From NCBI GenBank assembly GCA_001724265.1, contig MEDY01000042.1:248001-312000 (forward strand): a stretch of 64,000 nucleotides of DNA. Reading direction: 5' to 3'. Positions within the stretch are counted from its first letter, which is position 1, and each line of letters opens with the position of its first letter. The notes under the pieces are model-generated. The model saw only the letters and a list, made by a program, of their open reading frames with translations, made no database searches and was not told the origin of the DNA. Both the position numbers and the translations under genes were made by a program. Of this stretch, positions 34,444 through 48,029 are shown piece after piece. The stretch is from Rhizaria sp. SCN 62-66. Lineage: Eukaryota.

Positions 34444-37400
34444 TCGAGCCTGAGCTCCCTGCGCAGCGCCGGGGCGGGCGCTCTCAGCGCCGCGGCCGCC
34501 GCCGCCGCCGCCGACGCGAGCGCCGACGGTTTCTACGGCATCGTGGCGCTGGCCGTGCAAGAGTGCGCCTCCCCGCTGAGCTCGGTCGAGGCCGCGGTGG
34601 CGGCGCGGCTGGGCGAGCAGTACACGTGCATCGCCAAGGAGTCGCTGTGGGAGATGAAGCTCGTCGTGTTTGCCCGGCGCGATTTGACCGTGGCGACCGT
34701 GGGCAACGTGACCACGGCGGCGGCGGCGGCCGCGGCGGGTGCGCTCAGGCTCGGGCCCAACGGCGCCCCGCTAAGTGCCCTCACTCTTACACCGGGACAG
34801 ACCGGCCAGCAACAGCAGCAGCAGGGCTGTGCCTCCAGCAACTGCAAGTACGCTCGTGCCAGCGCCAGCAAGGACAGCGGCGTCACGTGTTCCAGCGGTG
34901 TCACGTGTTCCAGTGCCGGTAGCGCCACCGTGTCGCCGTTCCACCCCGCGCGCACCAAGTACCCCCACAGCCGCACGATGTTTGCGGCGACGCTTGGGCA
35001 GCACCTGCATCACAGCAGCACTGGCTCCAAGCCCGCCACGCTGCCCGTCTTCGCGCCGCCGCTGTACCTCAACAACAACAACAGCGCGAATAGCACCAAC
35101 GCGAGCAGCGCAAGCGCTTTGCAGCAACAGCAGCAACAGCAGAATCAGAGCAAGTTCGGCACGGCGCCGCCGTTGCGCCGGCCTGCCCCTGCAACTCAGC
35201 CACCCTTTTACCACCCTAGTAATGGCAACATCAGCGTTAGCAGTAACGACAATGCTGCGCCGTGCTCCTGCTCCGGCGCCGGTGCGTTGAGCGCCAGTAG
35301 TAGTGATTGTGGCGTGCTTTCGACCGTGGCGCCGATGCTGACTAACGTGGAGACGAGCTCGATCGCGACGGGGCTGCTCGGGCTGATGGGCAACAAGGGC
35401 GGGCTCATCGTCCGCTTCCGCCTCCACGACACGACGGTGATGTTTATCGCGACGCACTTGGCCGCGCACGAGGAGAACACGCAGGACCGCAACCGCATGT
35501 ACCGCGAAACGCTGCTCGCCGCCAAGAACATGTGCACGTCGTCCGGCTCTAGCGCGAGTGCCAGCAGCTCGAACAGCACAAGCAGCAGCAACAGCAACAC
35601 CAGTGGCAGCGGCAGCCACCCGATCGCTTCCGGCTCTGGCAGCAGCAACAGCAACAACAGCAGCGGCAGCAGCCTAGCGTTGCCGTCCCAGAGCGCGGTG
35701 CGTCCCCCTGCGCACCTATCCCTACGCGACATCTCGCCCCTCACGCGCGCAGATATGACCTTCTGGCTCGGCGACCTGAACTACCGCTTCAACCACCTCT
35801 CGTACCCGGCTGCGCTCGCGCTGGCCGACGCGCGCGACGTCAACGGGCTGCTGACGCACGACCAGCTGCGGCAGCAGCAGCAGCATGCGGCGCTGGCGGA
35901 CGGCGCGCGCGCGGCGACCAACGCCGCCGCCGCCGCCGCTGCCGCCGCCGCTGCGTCGTACAGCCGTCCCCACAGCAACGCAAGCAACAACAGCAGCAAC
36001 AGCAACAACAGCAGCGCGAACAGCAACGCGCACAAGACCCTTCCGAGCGAGTGCCTGTCGCTCGGCACGCCTTCGAACCCGCTCTTCTCGGGCGCGTTCC
36101 ACAACTTCTCAGAGCCCCCGATCACTTTCCTGCCCACATACCGCATTTTGACCGCGCGCGAGAAGGAGAAGTTCGTGAAAAAGCGCGTGCCCCTGCCGCG
36201 CTCCGTGCTGCCGCGGCCCGCCAGCGCAGCGGCCGCAGCGGCCGTGATCGCCGCCGCCGAGGCTGCGGCCGCCGCGGCGGCCGCTGCGTCCCCGAATGCA
36301 AGCCGCAGCGGCTTATACGGCGGCGGATCGACCAGCGGCGGCACGACCGGCGGAGACAGCGACAGCGAGGGCGACGACCTCAGCTACACTGGCACCGACC
36401 CCAGCAGCGCGAACTCCGCGGGCAGCGGGTTCGCCAGTCCTCCGGCGTACGACAGCGTCAGCGGCCTCGCCAGTCCCTCGGTCTCGGCCGCCGCGACCAG
36501 CGTGATAGTGAGTGGGAGTGTCAACGGCAGCGTCAACGGCGTCGTGCTGCCCCCGCTGCCGCGCTCACGCTCGCCCTCGCACCGGCCCTACTCGCTCAAG
36601 CGGCCCCCCGCTTACTGCGACCGCGTGTTGCTGCGCACTGCGGCGCCGGCCACGACGGCGTTGACGCACATCCACGTCAGCCCGAGCGTCGCCGGCGGCG
36701 GTAGCTGCGGCGGCGGCGGCAGCAGCGGCAGCGGCGGCGGCAAGAGCGCTGGTAGCATTGGCAGTGACGGCGCGAATGCTGTTGCATGCGCTGCGCTGGC
36801 GTTGGTTACTCGCAACTACCCTGTTCTGTTCACCAGCAACAACACTAGTAGCTCGAGCAGTGAGTCTCCCGAGTCCTTGAGTTCAAATGCAAGTGTAGGC
36901 GCGAACGCGAGCTCGAGTGCGACTGCCGTGTCGGTGCCTCCAGTCACTAGCGCCGGCGGTTTGGCCCTGGCGTGCCTTGGCTACTACAGTGTCGAGCGCG
37001 TCGACTACAGCGACCACTGCCCCGTCGTCGGCCACTGGGTCGCCCGCATCCCTCTGCCTGCCTCGCTTCCTGTCCCGTTGCCGCAGCCGCTGCGCGCGTT
37101 CACCCCGCAGGCCGCGTCATCACCCAATGTAAGTACCCCGCCTCTGGCCGCGGGAGGCAGCGCGCCAGGCTACCACCGGCAAACCACTTACAACAGCGCC
37201 GGCGCCAGCGCTAGCAGCGCGAACACGAGCACTGCTATGACTCCCCTTAACAAGGTGGGGGCAAGTGCGAGTGTCGTTCCGCCCAAGTGTGTGATTATCA
37301 TCACGCGGCTTAACTTGATGCTCAACTCCCTCTCCGAGGCCAAGGCTCTGCTGACGACGGCCGCCGCGACAATCGCGCGCGACAGAGACTCGCACAGCAC

Positions 37401-39150
37401 CACGAACACTGGCACTGGCGCTGGCAATACTGGCAGTGCTGGTAGCGTTACCAGTGGCAGCGCATCTCAGGGCAGCAGCAACAACAGCGGCACCAATAGC
37501 AACAAGAGCGGTGGCAGTAACGATGATGATGACAGCTTCGAGGGCCTTGTCCCGACCCGTCTCGCCGTCACCTTCACCGGCACCGCCATCGCTGACCCCG
37601 CCACCTCGCACAGCCATGCCAGCGCCGGCGCCGCGACGGGCGCCAACGCGCACGCGCATGGGACCGTGGGCACCGTGACGGTCGCGCTGCCGGCCAACGT
37701 GCTGCCCACAGTCACCTACTTACAGACCCCCTTAGACGCCGCCGTCGTGGCCGCCAACTCGAGCAGCGCCGCCACCACCGCGCGTCTCCTGGCCGTCGCG
37801 ACGACAACGCCGGCCACCGCGCTCAGCTCCAACGCCAACAACTCGAGCTCCGGCGCCATCTCAGGCGCTGGCGCTGGATCTGCGGCTGCGGGCGATGTTT
37901 TCTCGCCGATCCCCGACGGCATGGGCTCGCCGCTCAGCCCCGGGCTCAACACCGGCGGCGCACACGGCGGTGGCAGCGACGGCGCGCACAGGATCCCCGC
38001 CATCCTCTCCTGGGACCTCTCCGCGTGCCCCATCGTCATCCCCACCACGCGGCTTAACTTCTCCGAGCTGCGGCACGACAGGCTTATGTTCGCCGTCAAG
38101 GCGGTCTCGGCCTCGGAGGCGGCCGCGCTCGCGGCCGCGGCCGCGAACGACGCGATTATCCTCTCCAAGCAGCAGCAGCAGCAACACGCCAACAGTAGCT
38201 CTAGCTCCACAGCCAGTGGTGTTACGTTGACTGCCGTCGCTCAACCCCCCGCGGCTGTCGTTGCTGCCGGCACCGCCGCGGCCGCCGCCGCTGCCAAGGC
38301 CGCCGCTGCTGCCGCCGCCGCGGCCGCCGCGGCCGCCGCCGCCGCCGCGTCAAACGCTCCCCCCGCGGCGAGCGCGACCAAGAGCAAGGGCGCGTTCAAG
38401 TGGCTATCCTCCGGGCTATCCGCACTGGGCCGCACTGTCACCCAGGGCGTGGCGTCGATCGCGTCGGCGGTCACGGGGTCGGACTCGACGTCGTTCGGCC
38501 AGGCCAGCTCCTCGGCACCGCTCAGCGCGACGGGGCTGGGCGTTGTCGTCGCGGGCGGGAGCGTGCCGCTGGACGGCGTCGTGCTGTCTGAGTGGTACTT
38601 AGAGCACGAGAAGGAACTCTACGGGTACTTACACGAGGTGTTCTACGGTGCGCGCAGTGTCGCCGCTGTCGATGGCTCCAACTCGAGCTCGATCTCTGGC
38701 TTTTGCTCTGGCTCTGGCCCCGGCGCTGTTGGTGGTAGCGGTGATAATGACAGAGAGAGAGTCGGCGAGGTCGAGGGCGGCAGGGCGTCTAAGGGTGGCA
38801 GTGTAAGTACCGGCGACGACGAGGGACAGCACACGCCCGCGGCTGATCAGGCTCAGAAGCCCTTAGACGGGGACTTAGATTTGGACTTCTTTGCCGGTAA
38901 GGGCATCAGCAACAAAAACGCTGCTCCCGCTTCCGCTGCTGCTAACGCTGCTGTTGCTGTTGACTCAGCAGACGAGAAGGCCGCGCACGCACAGTCGACA
39001 GACCTCGTCAGCAACATGTCCCGCTTCGCGGGTAACCACCACCTCTACTCCGGTGGCGAGATGCCGTTTGCCGCGCTTGTCGAGGAGGCCTGCGGCGTCG
39101 GGGTCGGCACGCTCACCGGCATGATGCAGCTGCGCATGGGCATCTTCTAA
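33067..39150 (+). CDS. Inositol polyphosphate 5-phosphatase (IPPc family), intronless, 2027 aa
   Basis: All catalytic motifs occur in order: IFATTFN, IVALAVQE, GNKGG, THLAAH, FWLGDLNYR, HDQL, EPPITFLPTYR, RPPAYCDRVL, SDHCPV. They are separated by low-complexity inserts. The subfamily cannot be assigned by eye. Confidence 0.93.
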
Positions 39151-39518
39151 GCAAAGTCAAGCAGTCAAGCTGCACTCGAACAGAAGCTATAAATGGGCTA
39201 AGATTCGATGTCTTGCAGGTTTTTTAAAGTTTATTCCATGGTATTTTTCGAAAGCATCGTGCTTTTTATCTTATAGCATATTCTGATTATATATGAATGC
39301 ATAGTTGTTTTTATTCCAAGTTTAGTTGCTCCCTTTTCATTTGCAATACAAATGTGATTTGTACTTAAGCGTTTCGCAAGGCTCATCAAACAAATACTCA
39401 AGCTTCAGTTGTTGAATCGATCATATGTATTGATAACGCAATGAGTGTTGCTATTCTTTTAACTAATATAATGACTAGATAACGTAACATTCAAAACACA
39501 ACTTTCTGAAGTTGTGTT

Positions 39519-42000
39519 TTAATTTTTTAAGGGCTTGTCGCCAATCGCGGCAGCGTTCACCGCTGACAAGCGGTGCTGCTGCTTCTTCGCATTGACCCCA
39601 CTAGCACCACTGGTAGCGGTGGCACTCGTGCCGCGCGAGGGCGTCGTGTTCGGCTTTGCGCTGGAAGACGGCGGCCGGACACTGGCGCCGACCGACGGCG
39701 CACGCGCGCCACCCTTCGCGCCAGCCCCAGCGGTCGCGCCAGCGCTAGACGTCGCCGTGTGTTTCGCCCCCGCCACAGGGGGCAGCACGACGCCCGCCTT
39801 GGCCGCCGCACCGGCACTCGCGCCGGCCGCGGCGCTTGCTCCAGCGGCGTTGGCGGCGTGCTCGCTGTTGACATTCGCGTTCGCAGGGTTGGCGCTGGCG
39901 CTGTTGTTGCTGGGACGCGACTGCGCGTAGTTGGCGTCGAACTGCGCAGCGAGATACACGTATTCGCCCGCGTTCGCCGCCGCCGCGCCCGCCGCGGCGT
40001 TGGCGCTGCCGGCCGCGGTCGCAGCGGCATTCGCGTTCACATTGTTAGCGTTGCTGTTGGCGTTGCTGTGGCTCATGGGGGCGGCGGGCCGTGAGTTGAC
40101 GCGGGCCGCAACCTTGCTCAGCGCAGTAGGCTTGGCGCCGGCAGCGTTGGAGCTCGCGCCAGCACCAGCCGCGCCAGCGTTGCCGTTGCTGCCGCCCTTG
40201 ACGCTGCTCGTGCTACTGTTCACGCTCGCATTGCCACTGCCGCCGCCGCCGCTGCCACCGGCGCTTGCGCCCGCCCCCGCCCCCGCCGCGCCGGCGTTGG
40301 CAGCGGCCGCACTCGCAGCGCTGGAAGCCGGGTTGCTGTCGGCGGCGTTGGCGCCAGTGCTGCCGCTGTTGCCGCTGCTGGGCATGCGCGCGGCCTCGGT
40401 GAGGACGAACTCGGCGTCGCTGATGGTATCAGCCACAGTGTCCAGCAGCTCGGAGATGTGGGCGACCAGAGCCGCCGTCTCCGCGTTGGCCGCCGCCGTC
40501 GCCGCCGCTGCTGCGGCCGCCGCTGCGGCAACCGCGGCCGCAGTCGGGCCGCCGCCGTGGTTGCCGCCGTTGGCGGTCGCAGTGGCTGGGACGAGAGAGG
40601 TGTTACCGTCGGTGGACACCAGAGCCGTGCTGCTGCTGCTGATACCGCTGCCGCCTAGGGTAGGATTGCTGCCAGAGCTGTTGTTGTTGTTATTGTTGAA
40701 TGCGGCAGCCAGTGCCGCGGCCTCGGCCTTGGCCTTGGCCGCTGCTGTGCCGATCGACAGCCCCAAAGAGGACGCCGATGGCTTGACCTGCAGTGGCCGC
40801 CGCTGGAGCGTGAGCACTGAAGGGTAGCCCGCGATGGCCTGCGAGTACAGAGAGCGGACCACGGTGACAATGCTGCCGATGGCGCGCTGCTCGTCGGCGC
40901 CGCGCCGGTCCGTCGTCGCGATCAGAGCCGTTTGGGCCTGGATGGGTACGTTTGTGCAACAAGGGATATAAAAAATAAGATCGAAATAGTATAAGATAAT
41001 ATAATACATGAAGTAGCAACACTGACAAATATACCTAAACACGTAAATTCAGAGTCATCAGACAATATGTACACCATCAATCGTTCTATCGAACTGAATT
41101 GTGACGTACCTGGCAAGCAGCGGTTTCGCGCTCGAGGTCCTTGAGCAGGCGCGCGAGCAGCGAGTTGGCAACCAACAGCTCGGTCTGCTTCGCCTTGCGC
41201 ACGGCGTTGCGCTGCAGACTGAGCGCCGCGACCTCTTGCTGAATCGCCGTCACACGCGCCTGCAAGTCGCTGTTTGTGGCCGTGAGAGACTTGTGCCGCG
41301 AAATCATGTCCTCGACGTCTCCGTACACTAACTTAGCGACGGAGACGACGGACTCAAGGTACTCACGGTATTGCTGGTGGTGCTCCAGCCGCTTGAGCTT
41401 GCTTTTGAGCGTCTTGGTCAGCATCGCATACCGCGCCGTCAGCGCAGCACACTCTGAGCTGCGCTCTGCGATGGCGCGGCGCTCGTCCTCGAGTTTGCGC
41501 TCGGCGCGGGAGCGCTTGGCGTCAGCGTCCTGGATGTAGCCGCGAAACTTGGTCAGGTAGTCGATCGTCTGCTTCTGCTTCTCGAGGAAGCGCGCCTCGC
41601 CCTGGGCGACGACGCGCATGCGGTTGGCGTAGTCGTGCTTCATCGCGCTGAGCTGCTCGTCCACGGCCTTAAGCTCGCGCATCTTCTGGTGCAGGCGCGT
41701 GATCTGGGACATGCGGTCGTCGCCGGACGCGTCGTCAAGCAGCGGGGACGTGAAGACGGCGGAGGACGAGGACGAGGAGGAGGGCTGGAGGCTCGTGTTG
41801 TTGGCGTTGCCGCCCTGGGAGCCGGGGTCATCAACCCTGAGGGAAGAGAGCAGAGAAGTATGAAATACCATCACAGAGTGAGCGTATATGCAGATAAGCG
41901 GGGCAAATCAGAGTATACAAAGTACGTTTAATCCAAATGCACATGCGGCAGATACGTACCCGGTGAGGAAGGTCTTGTCAGGACCGTAAGTAGTGGACAT
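39519..42000 (-). CDS. CCDC42/CFAP73-like (DUF4200) ciliary coiled-coil protein with a long A/G/N/S-rich tail; exons 42000-41960, 41836-41110, 40937-39519, ~728 aa
   Basis: TRLHQKMRELKAVDEQL...YLTKFRGYIQDADAKRSRAERK...YREYLESVV...DMISRHKSLTATNSDL matches the family pattern. Both introns are GTACGT...CAG with consistent phase. Confidence 0.75.
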
Positions 42001-42723
42001 GTTGAACGAGAGCAAAGGGTTGTCCTTAGGAATGCCGGCAAAGGGCAGTGACGAAACAGGTGCGAACTTTCGTCTCTTGCTACACAACGAAAAGCTTCTT
42101 AAAAATACCGAGTTGAATCTCAGAAGCGGACTGGCGGAGAGTTCAGCGAGATATGACAAGGCTTAGATCCCCGTTTGTGATTAAAGCTGTAACGGTCGGG
42201 ACCAAGCAACCTGCCAATTTTTGCGAACCTCACTGCAGTCGGCCGCGCAGGCTGCTGGCACCAATGTGTACACATATCCAATCGATGTGTCGCATGCAAT
42301 CGTGCTACATAGCTATTATTTAAACACACGGTGAGCTGCGTCGACTTCTGATTGGAACTGCGTTTGTAGCCGGGATAACGATTGGTATTGGTCTACCCGC
42401 GCTCGTTTGTGTGCACGTCTTGACAACCTTCACCACACCTGATTCAAGTCACTTTCCCTCACTTCTGCAAGCCTTGACCACAACTTTAAGCGATGATACC
42501 AACGATATACGTGATATACTAGTCTTATAATGATGTTACATACATGAGTTTGATCCACAACTCGGCTTTGTCTTACATTGCGACTCTTTTGTTCATTCGC
42601 CCCACCGCACCAGTTTCGCTTTACGCCGACCTTCAGCATTGAAGCTTCCCACCGTTAGCCACTCATCGCTCTAACACTCACGCGACCCACGCCTGACTGC
42701 AGCGGGCGCGCGACTTTACGCCT

Positions 42724-45082
42724 ATGTCCTCCCCCGGTGCCCCGTTGCCACCGGGCGGCGACTCAGACGGTCACACACACGCGACCAGCATACCAACAAC
42801 ACGGCTCGCACACGCAACTCCGACTGTCTCTAGCTCTAGCGTCGCGGCTGTCAATGATACGACTGCCACACTGAGTGCTGCCAGCGCGAGTGATTTTATT
42901 GGCCCTTCTCCCCCAGACGTCAACAGCAACTTTAGCAGCAACAGCAGCAACGATATTAGCAGCTGCAGCAGCAGCAGTAGTAGTATATGTGCTAACAGCG
43001 TCGGCAATGCCGCTATTCCCAGCCGCAGCGCAGCGCCGCGGCCGAAACTGCGCCCGCGCTTTGCCACCGCAGGCGCGCTGTCATTGGACATCGCTGCGAC
43101 GGCGGGCGTCCCGCGCGACGACTCGATGGCCCACACCGCGGCGGTGCTGGCGCGGCTGAAGCAGACGGGCGGCATTGCGAACATCACGAACGCCAATTTC
43201 ACCAGTGCAACCGCCAACGCCAGCAATAATACTAATTTCACAGGTATTACGGGCAATACTGCTAATAATGGAGTGAATGCGGCGACTAACAACAGCGACG
43301 ACGGCATTGCCAGCAACACTGCTAGCTCTGGCATCAGTCAAGTTAGCGACTCGGTCGACGTGTTTGATAAAAATGGAATCAATTTTGACTCATCCGACGT
43401 CAACAACGGCATCGGTATTAGTAATAGCCCGGATCTTGGAGGGTTTGCGACAGTCAGCAAAACGTCAGGATTTGTGTCCCCACTGCATCTGCCACACAGT
43501 CACACAGCCAACGACTCAAGTGCTGTTACGAGCGCAAGTGCTCCCAGTCAACAACAACATCAGTCAGGACTGCAGTCTTCGCAATCTAGGTCAGTTCGGC
43601 CGCCACGGCTTGAGGGCAGGCCGCATCTGCAAGTGCCGACGCTGTACACCCCTCAGCACAGTGCTAATAACAGCATTCATAACTCCAACAACAGTAATAC
43701 GGACAGTCTCAGCACCAACGACTCACGTAGCGGGAATGATTCTCGCATTCAGAGCTCGAGCCTTGGTGTCGGCATCTATAACGTCCAGTCTCCCAGCGGA
43801 TCACAGTCACATCCACCGCTACCCTTACACTCGCAGTCTCAGCTACAGCAACTGCCAGTCTCACAGTCCCTGTCTCAGTCCCAGTCCCAGTCCCACTCGC
43901 AGGCGCAGTCTCTCTCGCAGCCCGCTCTGTCGCAGCCACAACACTCATCGTCGCTGTCCCAGTCGCTGGCGCAATCGCGCGCTTTTCCCATCACCTCGGC
44001 CTCCGACCTCGTCATGCTGCCGCGCCGACTCGGCCACGGCGCCTCGGGCTCGGTCCACCTGGCCTACAGCCCGCTGCTGCAGTCATACCTGGCGGTCAAG
44101 ACGGTCGGCAATAGAACTGACGTGCGCAGTAAGTTGCTGGCGCAGGAGCTTTTGGCGCTGGGCAGCGTGGCTGACGGCAGCTGCGCCGACGTCGTGCGCG
44201 TGTGGGGCGCGTTTGACCGCAACGGCGGGCATAGCCACAGCCACATCAACGCAAGTAGCGCGACTACTGCCAGTGGTGGAGCTAATATCACGCACATGAG
44301 TGGCGCGAACGGCTTGACTAACAGTGCGCACAGTGCGCAGAGTCTTGGTACCCCGTTGTCTGGCTCTGGCGCGAGCGCGCACTCGCACTCGAGCGGGCAC
44401 GGCAGCGGCGGCGGTGTAGGCGGGTCCAATGTAAGTGGAGGGGGATCCGGGGTAAGTATCGCCATGGAGGTGGTCTCTGGCGGCACTCTGGCAGAGCTTG
44501 TCAGCGCTGTTGCTGAGACGAGGGAGCTTCTGAGCTATATCGTCAACAGGGGCGTCAGCTCTGGTTTGCTAGTCCCTACATCCACTGCAGCAACGCAGTC
44601 GCGTGGAGGAGTTAACAACTCTGCTGTTTGTGATTCTGTAAGCCGCAAGCGGAGCCGTATCGCTGTGAGCACTGATGCGAAAACTACAAGCAAACGCTCT
44701 GCGGACAATGGTGACAGTGAGGACGACAGTGACGTTGATAAGGACACCGATGACGCCGCTGACGTTATGTTGCCCGCTGCACTAGCTCATCCTGCGGCCA
44801 AACAAGGTGCAGTGAACAGTGCTGCATCCGTCGCCGCTGCGTTGGTTTCAGCTGCTGCTGCTGCGACGAGGATCAACACGCGTCACCAGATCCGTGCTCA
44901 AAACAAGATGAGCGCGAGTGCGACTACCAGTCCTCGTTTAGCCGCGAATGTGACCGTGGTCAACGCAGCTGTGCCGTTGTTTGCCCTGTCGGCCGCCGCC
45001 GCCAAGACGGCCGCCGTCACGGTCGCCACCGGTGTCGCCGGCGCGGCGGCGGCTGTGGCGACTCAGCGCGGGTTCGACTTCA

Positions 45083-45126
<44 letters not shown>

Positions 45127-47993
45127 CACACCGCTGCCGCTGCTGCCACGGCGCCGTACGCTGCTCACGGTCACTTTGCTGCTCACGGCCACTCGAGGAA
45201 CGGACTCGCGCTGCCGCCGCGGCTGCATGTGGCGTCTCCGCCGCTGTCGACCCCGATTCCGTCGCCAATCACGGTTTCACAGCTCTCTAACACGGGCCAG
45301 CAGCAACAGCAGCAAGCGCAGCCGCAGCAACAACAAAGCGCTGCTCACGCAAGCAATGCCACTGCGGCCGCGAGTGCCGTTGCCCTCGGTGCTAGTCCCA
45401 CAAACGCTAGCGTCAGCGCGATTGCACCAACGCTCAGTATCGCCACCAGTACTGTCGGTAATCTCAGCGCTCCTGCCAGTGTGAGCGCGCATGCCAGCGC
45501 CAACTTGACTGCGGGTGCGAATGCTAGTGCAAGTGCGAGTGTAAGCGCGTTTGCGCTTAATCCGAGCAAGAGCATTGTTGCACCGCCGCTGTCGAGCCGC
45601 TTTGGCAACAGCACTCCGAATAGCTTGAGTGTTTCACGACAGACTCCAATGTTTGCTGTGCCAAATGCACATGCCAGCACATCGCACTCAGCTCACGGTC
45701 ACGGTGGTCAGCGTCCGCTGTCTCGCCAGGACTCAATTCTATTCCAGTCTAAGTACCACGCCGCCGACGGGTCTAAGGGGTACTTAGACGGCCACATGGG
45801 CCCGGTGCCTGTGCCCGCTGTTAGCTACACACCGACGCCGTCCGTCGCGGCCGGCAAGCGTTTCGAAGCTGCTTTCACGTTTGCGCCGAACGCTAATAAC
45901 TCGAGCACTTGTATCTCGAGTGACACAAGTAGCACTCAGGCCTGCGCGAACGCTAAGACGAGTTCAAGCGTTACAAATGGACGGAATTCCGGCCTTAACA
46001 CGAGTAAGGCCACCGACTCCATTGTCCCGAGCTCTATTTCTGTTGTCAGCTCAAGCTCTAGCTCTAGTTTCAGCATAAGTTCTACCTCTAGCTCAAGTGC
46101 CAGTGCCGTTTTAGCAACGAAGCCTGTGCCGACGACTGCAAGCGCAGCAACAGCAGCTGCGGCTGCCGCTGCTGATGCTGCGACGGCGGATTTAGGTGTT
46201 GTCGTGGCAGCTGCCCCCGGTGTCGCGTCGTTCACGGTGCACTACAGCGACGCGGAGGGACTTCAATACCCCTGCGTCGACACAGACAAGACCTCATGTG
46301 TTACCTCGTACACGAGCACCGCGCAGTTCAAGTGCCACTTCGCCATGGCCGTGTTGTCGGCGGCGGGGGATACCGCGATCGGTCTTGCGCCGCTGCCGCG
46401 GCCGACCATCAGCGTCAGCATCGACAACGGCAACAGCAACAACAACAGCAGCAGCAGTGGCGGTGGCGGCAGTAGCAGCGGCAGCAGCAGTAGCGCGAGT
46501 GCCAGTAGTACCGGAGCAAAGACTGCTGCAGCCGCTGCAGTCGCGGCGCCAGCTGTTTCAGCGAAGGCTGTTGTGTCAACTGCTAATACCACGTCTGGTG
46601 CGTCACTTAGCGAGTCTCAGTACCCGCTTACTCAGCCTAAGTACCCCCACAGAGTCCCGTTGAACCCGTACTTAAAGATCCCCTTAAACTCCAGCCGTTA
46701 CTTATCTCTGGCAAACACACGGGGCGCTGTACACGCGCTGATTATCCCACTCACAACGCCCAGCACAGCTCCTTACATTCCGCGCATCGCAAGCACTTCT
46801 TCTGGCGATCGCAGTCTCAGTACCTCAACTTCTATCCAGGCTATGACTGACACTGACACGTCAGAGTCAGACTCTGAGTCCCAGCTAAGTGCACGCGACG
46901 TGTTTGATGTAAGTAGCTTGAGCGCGGTGAACGCATCCACGCGTGCCCCGAGCACTTACACGCTGCCCAAGGGGTCACAGTACTTACGCCGCACGAACCT
47001 GATCAACAACATCTGCGTCGCGACCGGCTACGGCTACGTCTCCCACCTCATGATGCTCAACGGCACCGACGTCGCCTGTCTGTACGGCAACGGAGACGGC
47101 ACCTATGCTCTCCCCAGCAGCACTTGCCTCGAAGACGAGCTTCACCAGCAAGAAGGCGGCGAGGGCACTGCAGCGGACGTCGCAACTCCCAGTGCAGCCG
47201 CAGTCGCCGCTTTAGCCGAAGCCGCCGCAAAGGCCGAGGCCGATGTCGCCGCTGAGGCCGCCGCCGCCGCCGCGGCCGCCGAGGCCGAGGTGCTACTTTT
47301 AAAGCGGGCCGGGTTCGCGGCCGACGAAGTCGTGCGTGTGGGGCCCAACACATTGGCTGCGGTGCTCTTGGCGCCGTCAGAGTCCCAGCTGCAGGCCGAG
47401 TACAGGCGCGTGCGCGGCGTGGCGGCCGAGGTCGCACGCAAGGAGTATCAGCAGCAGCAGCAGCTGGCGCTTGCGAAGCAAGAGCAAGAGCAGGCGCAGT
47501 CGAGCTCTAGCTCTAGCTCTAGCTCTGTGCCCGGTTTTGGCTCCGGCTTGAACGGTGGAAGCAACGATGTGACCGGGACTGCATCGTGCAATAGCAGTAC
47601 TCCGATCATATCGCACAAGTACAACTCAGCCGTTACTCCAACAGTTGCGACTCCGAACCACTTAGACGGCGGCAGTGCGCGTCTCAGTCTAAGGGCCACC
47701 CCGATCACGGGCGCCAGTGTAAGTACGTCGCGGGTGACCACGCCGAGTGTAACTACCCCCTTAGTCTCGCGTCAGCTGACGGAGCCGATTGCTTTGTATC
47801 AACACTCACCGACAACGCCAAAGAGCATTGGCAACAACAATAACAACAACGGCACGAGCGGCAATGTCAACGCGAATGCAATGCTCAACCGTCACCAGAC
47901 GATCACGACTGGTGCGAGTGCATTTACTGACGCTAAATTGGCTCCTGTGGTGTTGCCCCAAATCGTCGCCATGCCTGCTTCTGCGTCTGCTCC

Positions 47994-48029
<36 letters not shown>

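Noticed and set aside
34875-34913. 18-nt tandem duplication (SGVTCS x2), and a repeated SGIEME at ~51922 and ~52123
   Set aside because: Ordinary slippage or local duplication within low-complexity coding inserts. These are not CRISPR-like and show no further structure.
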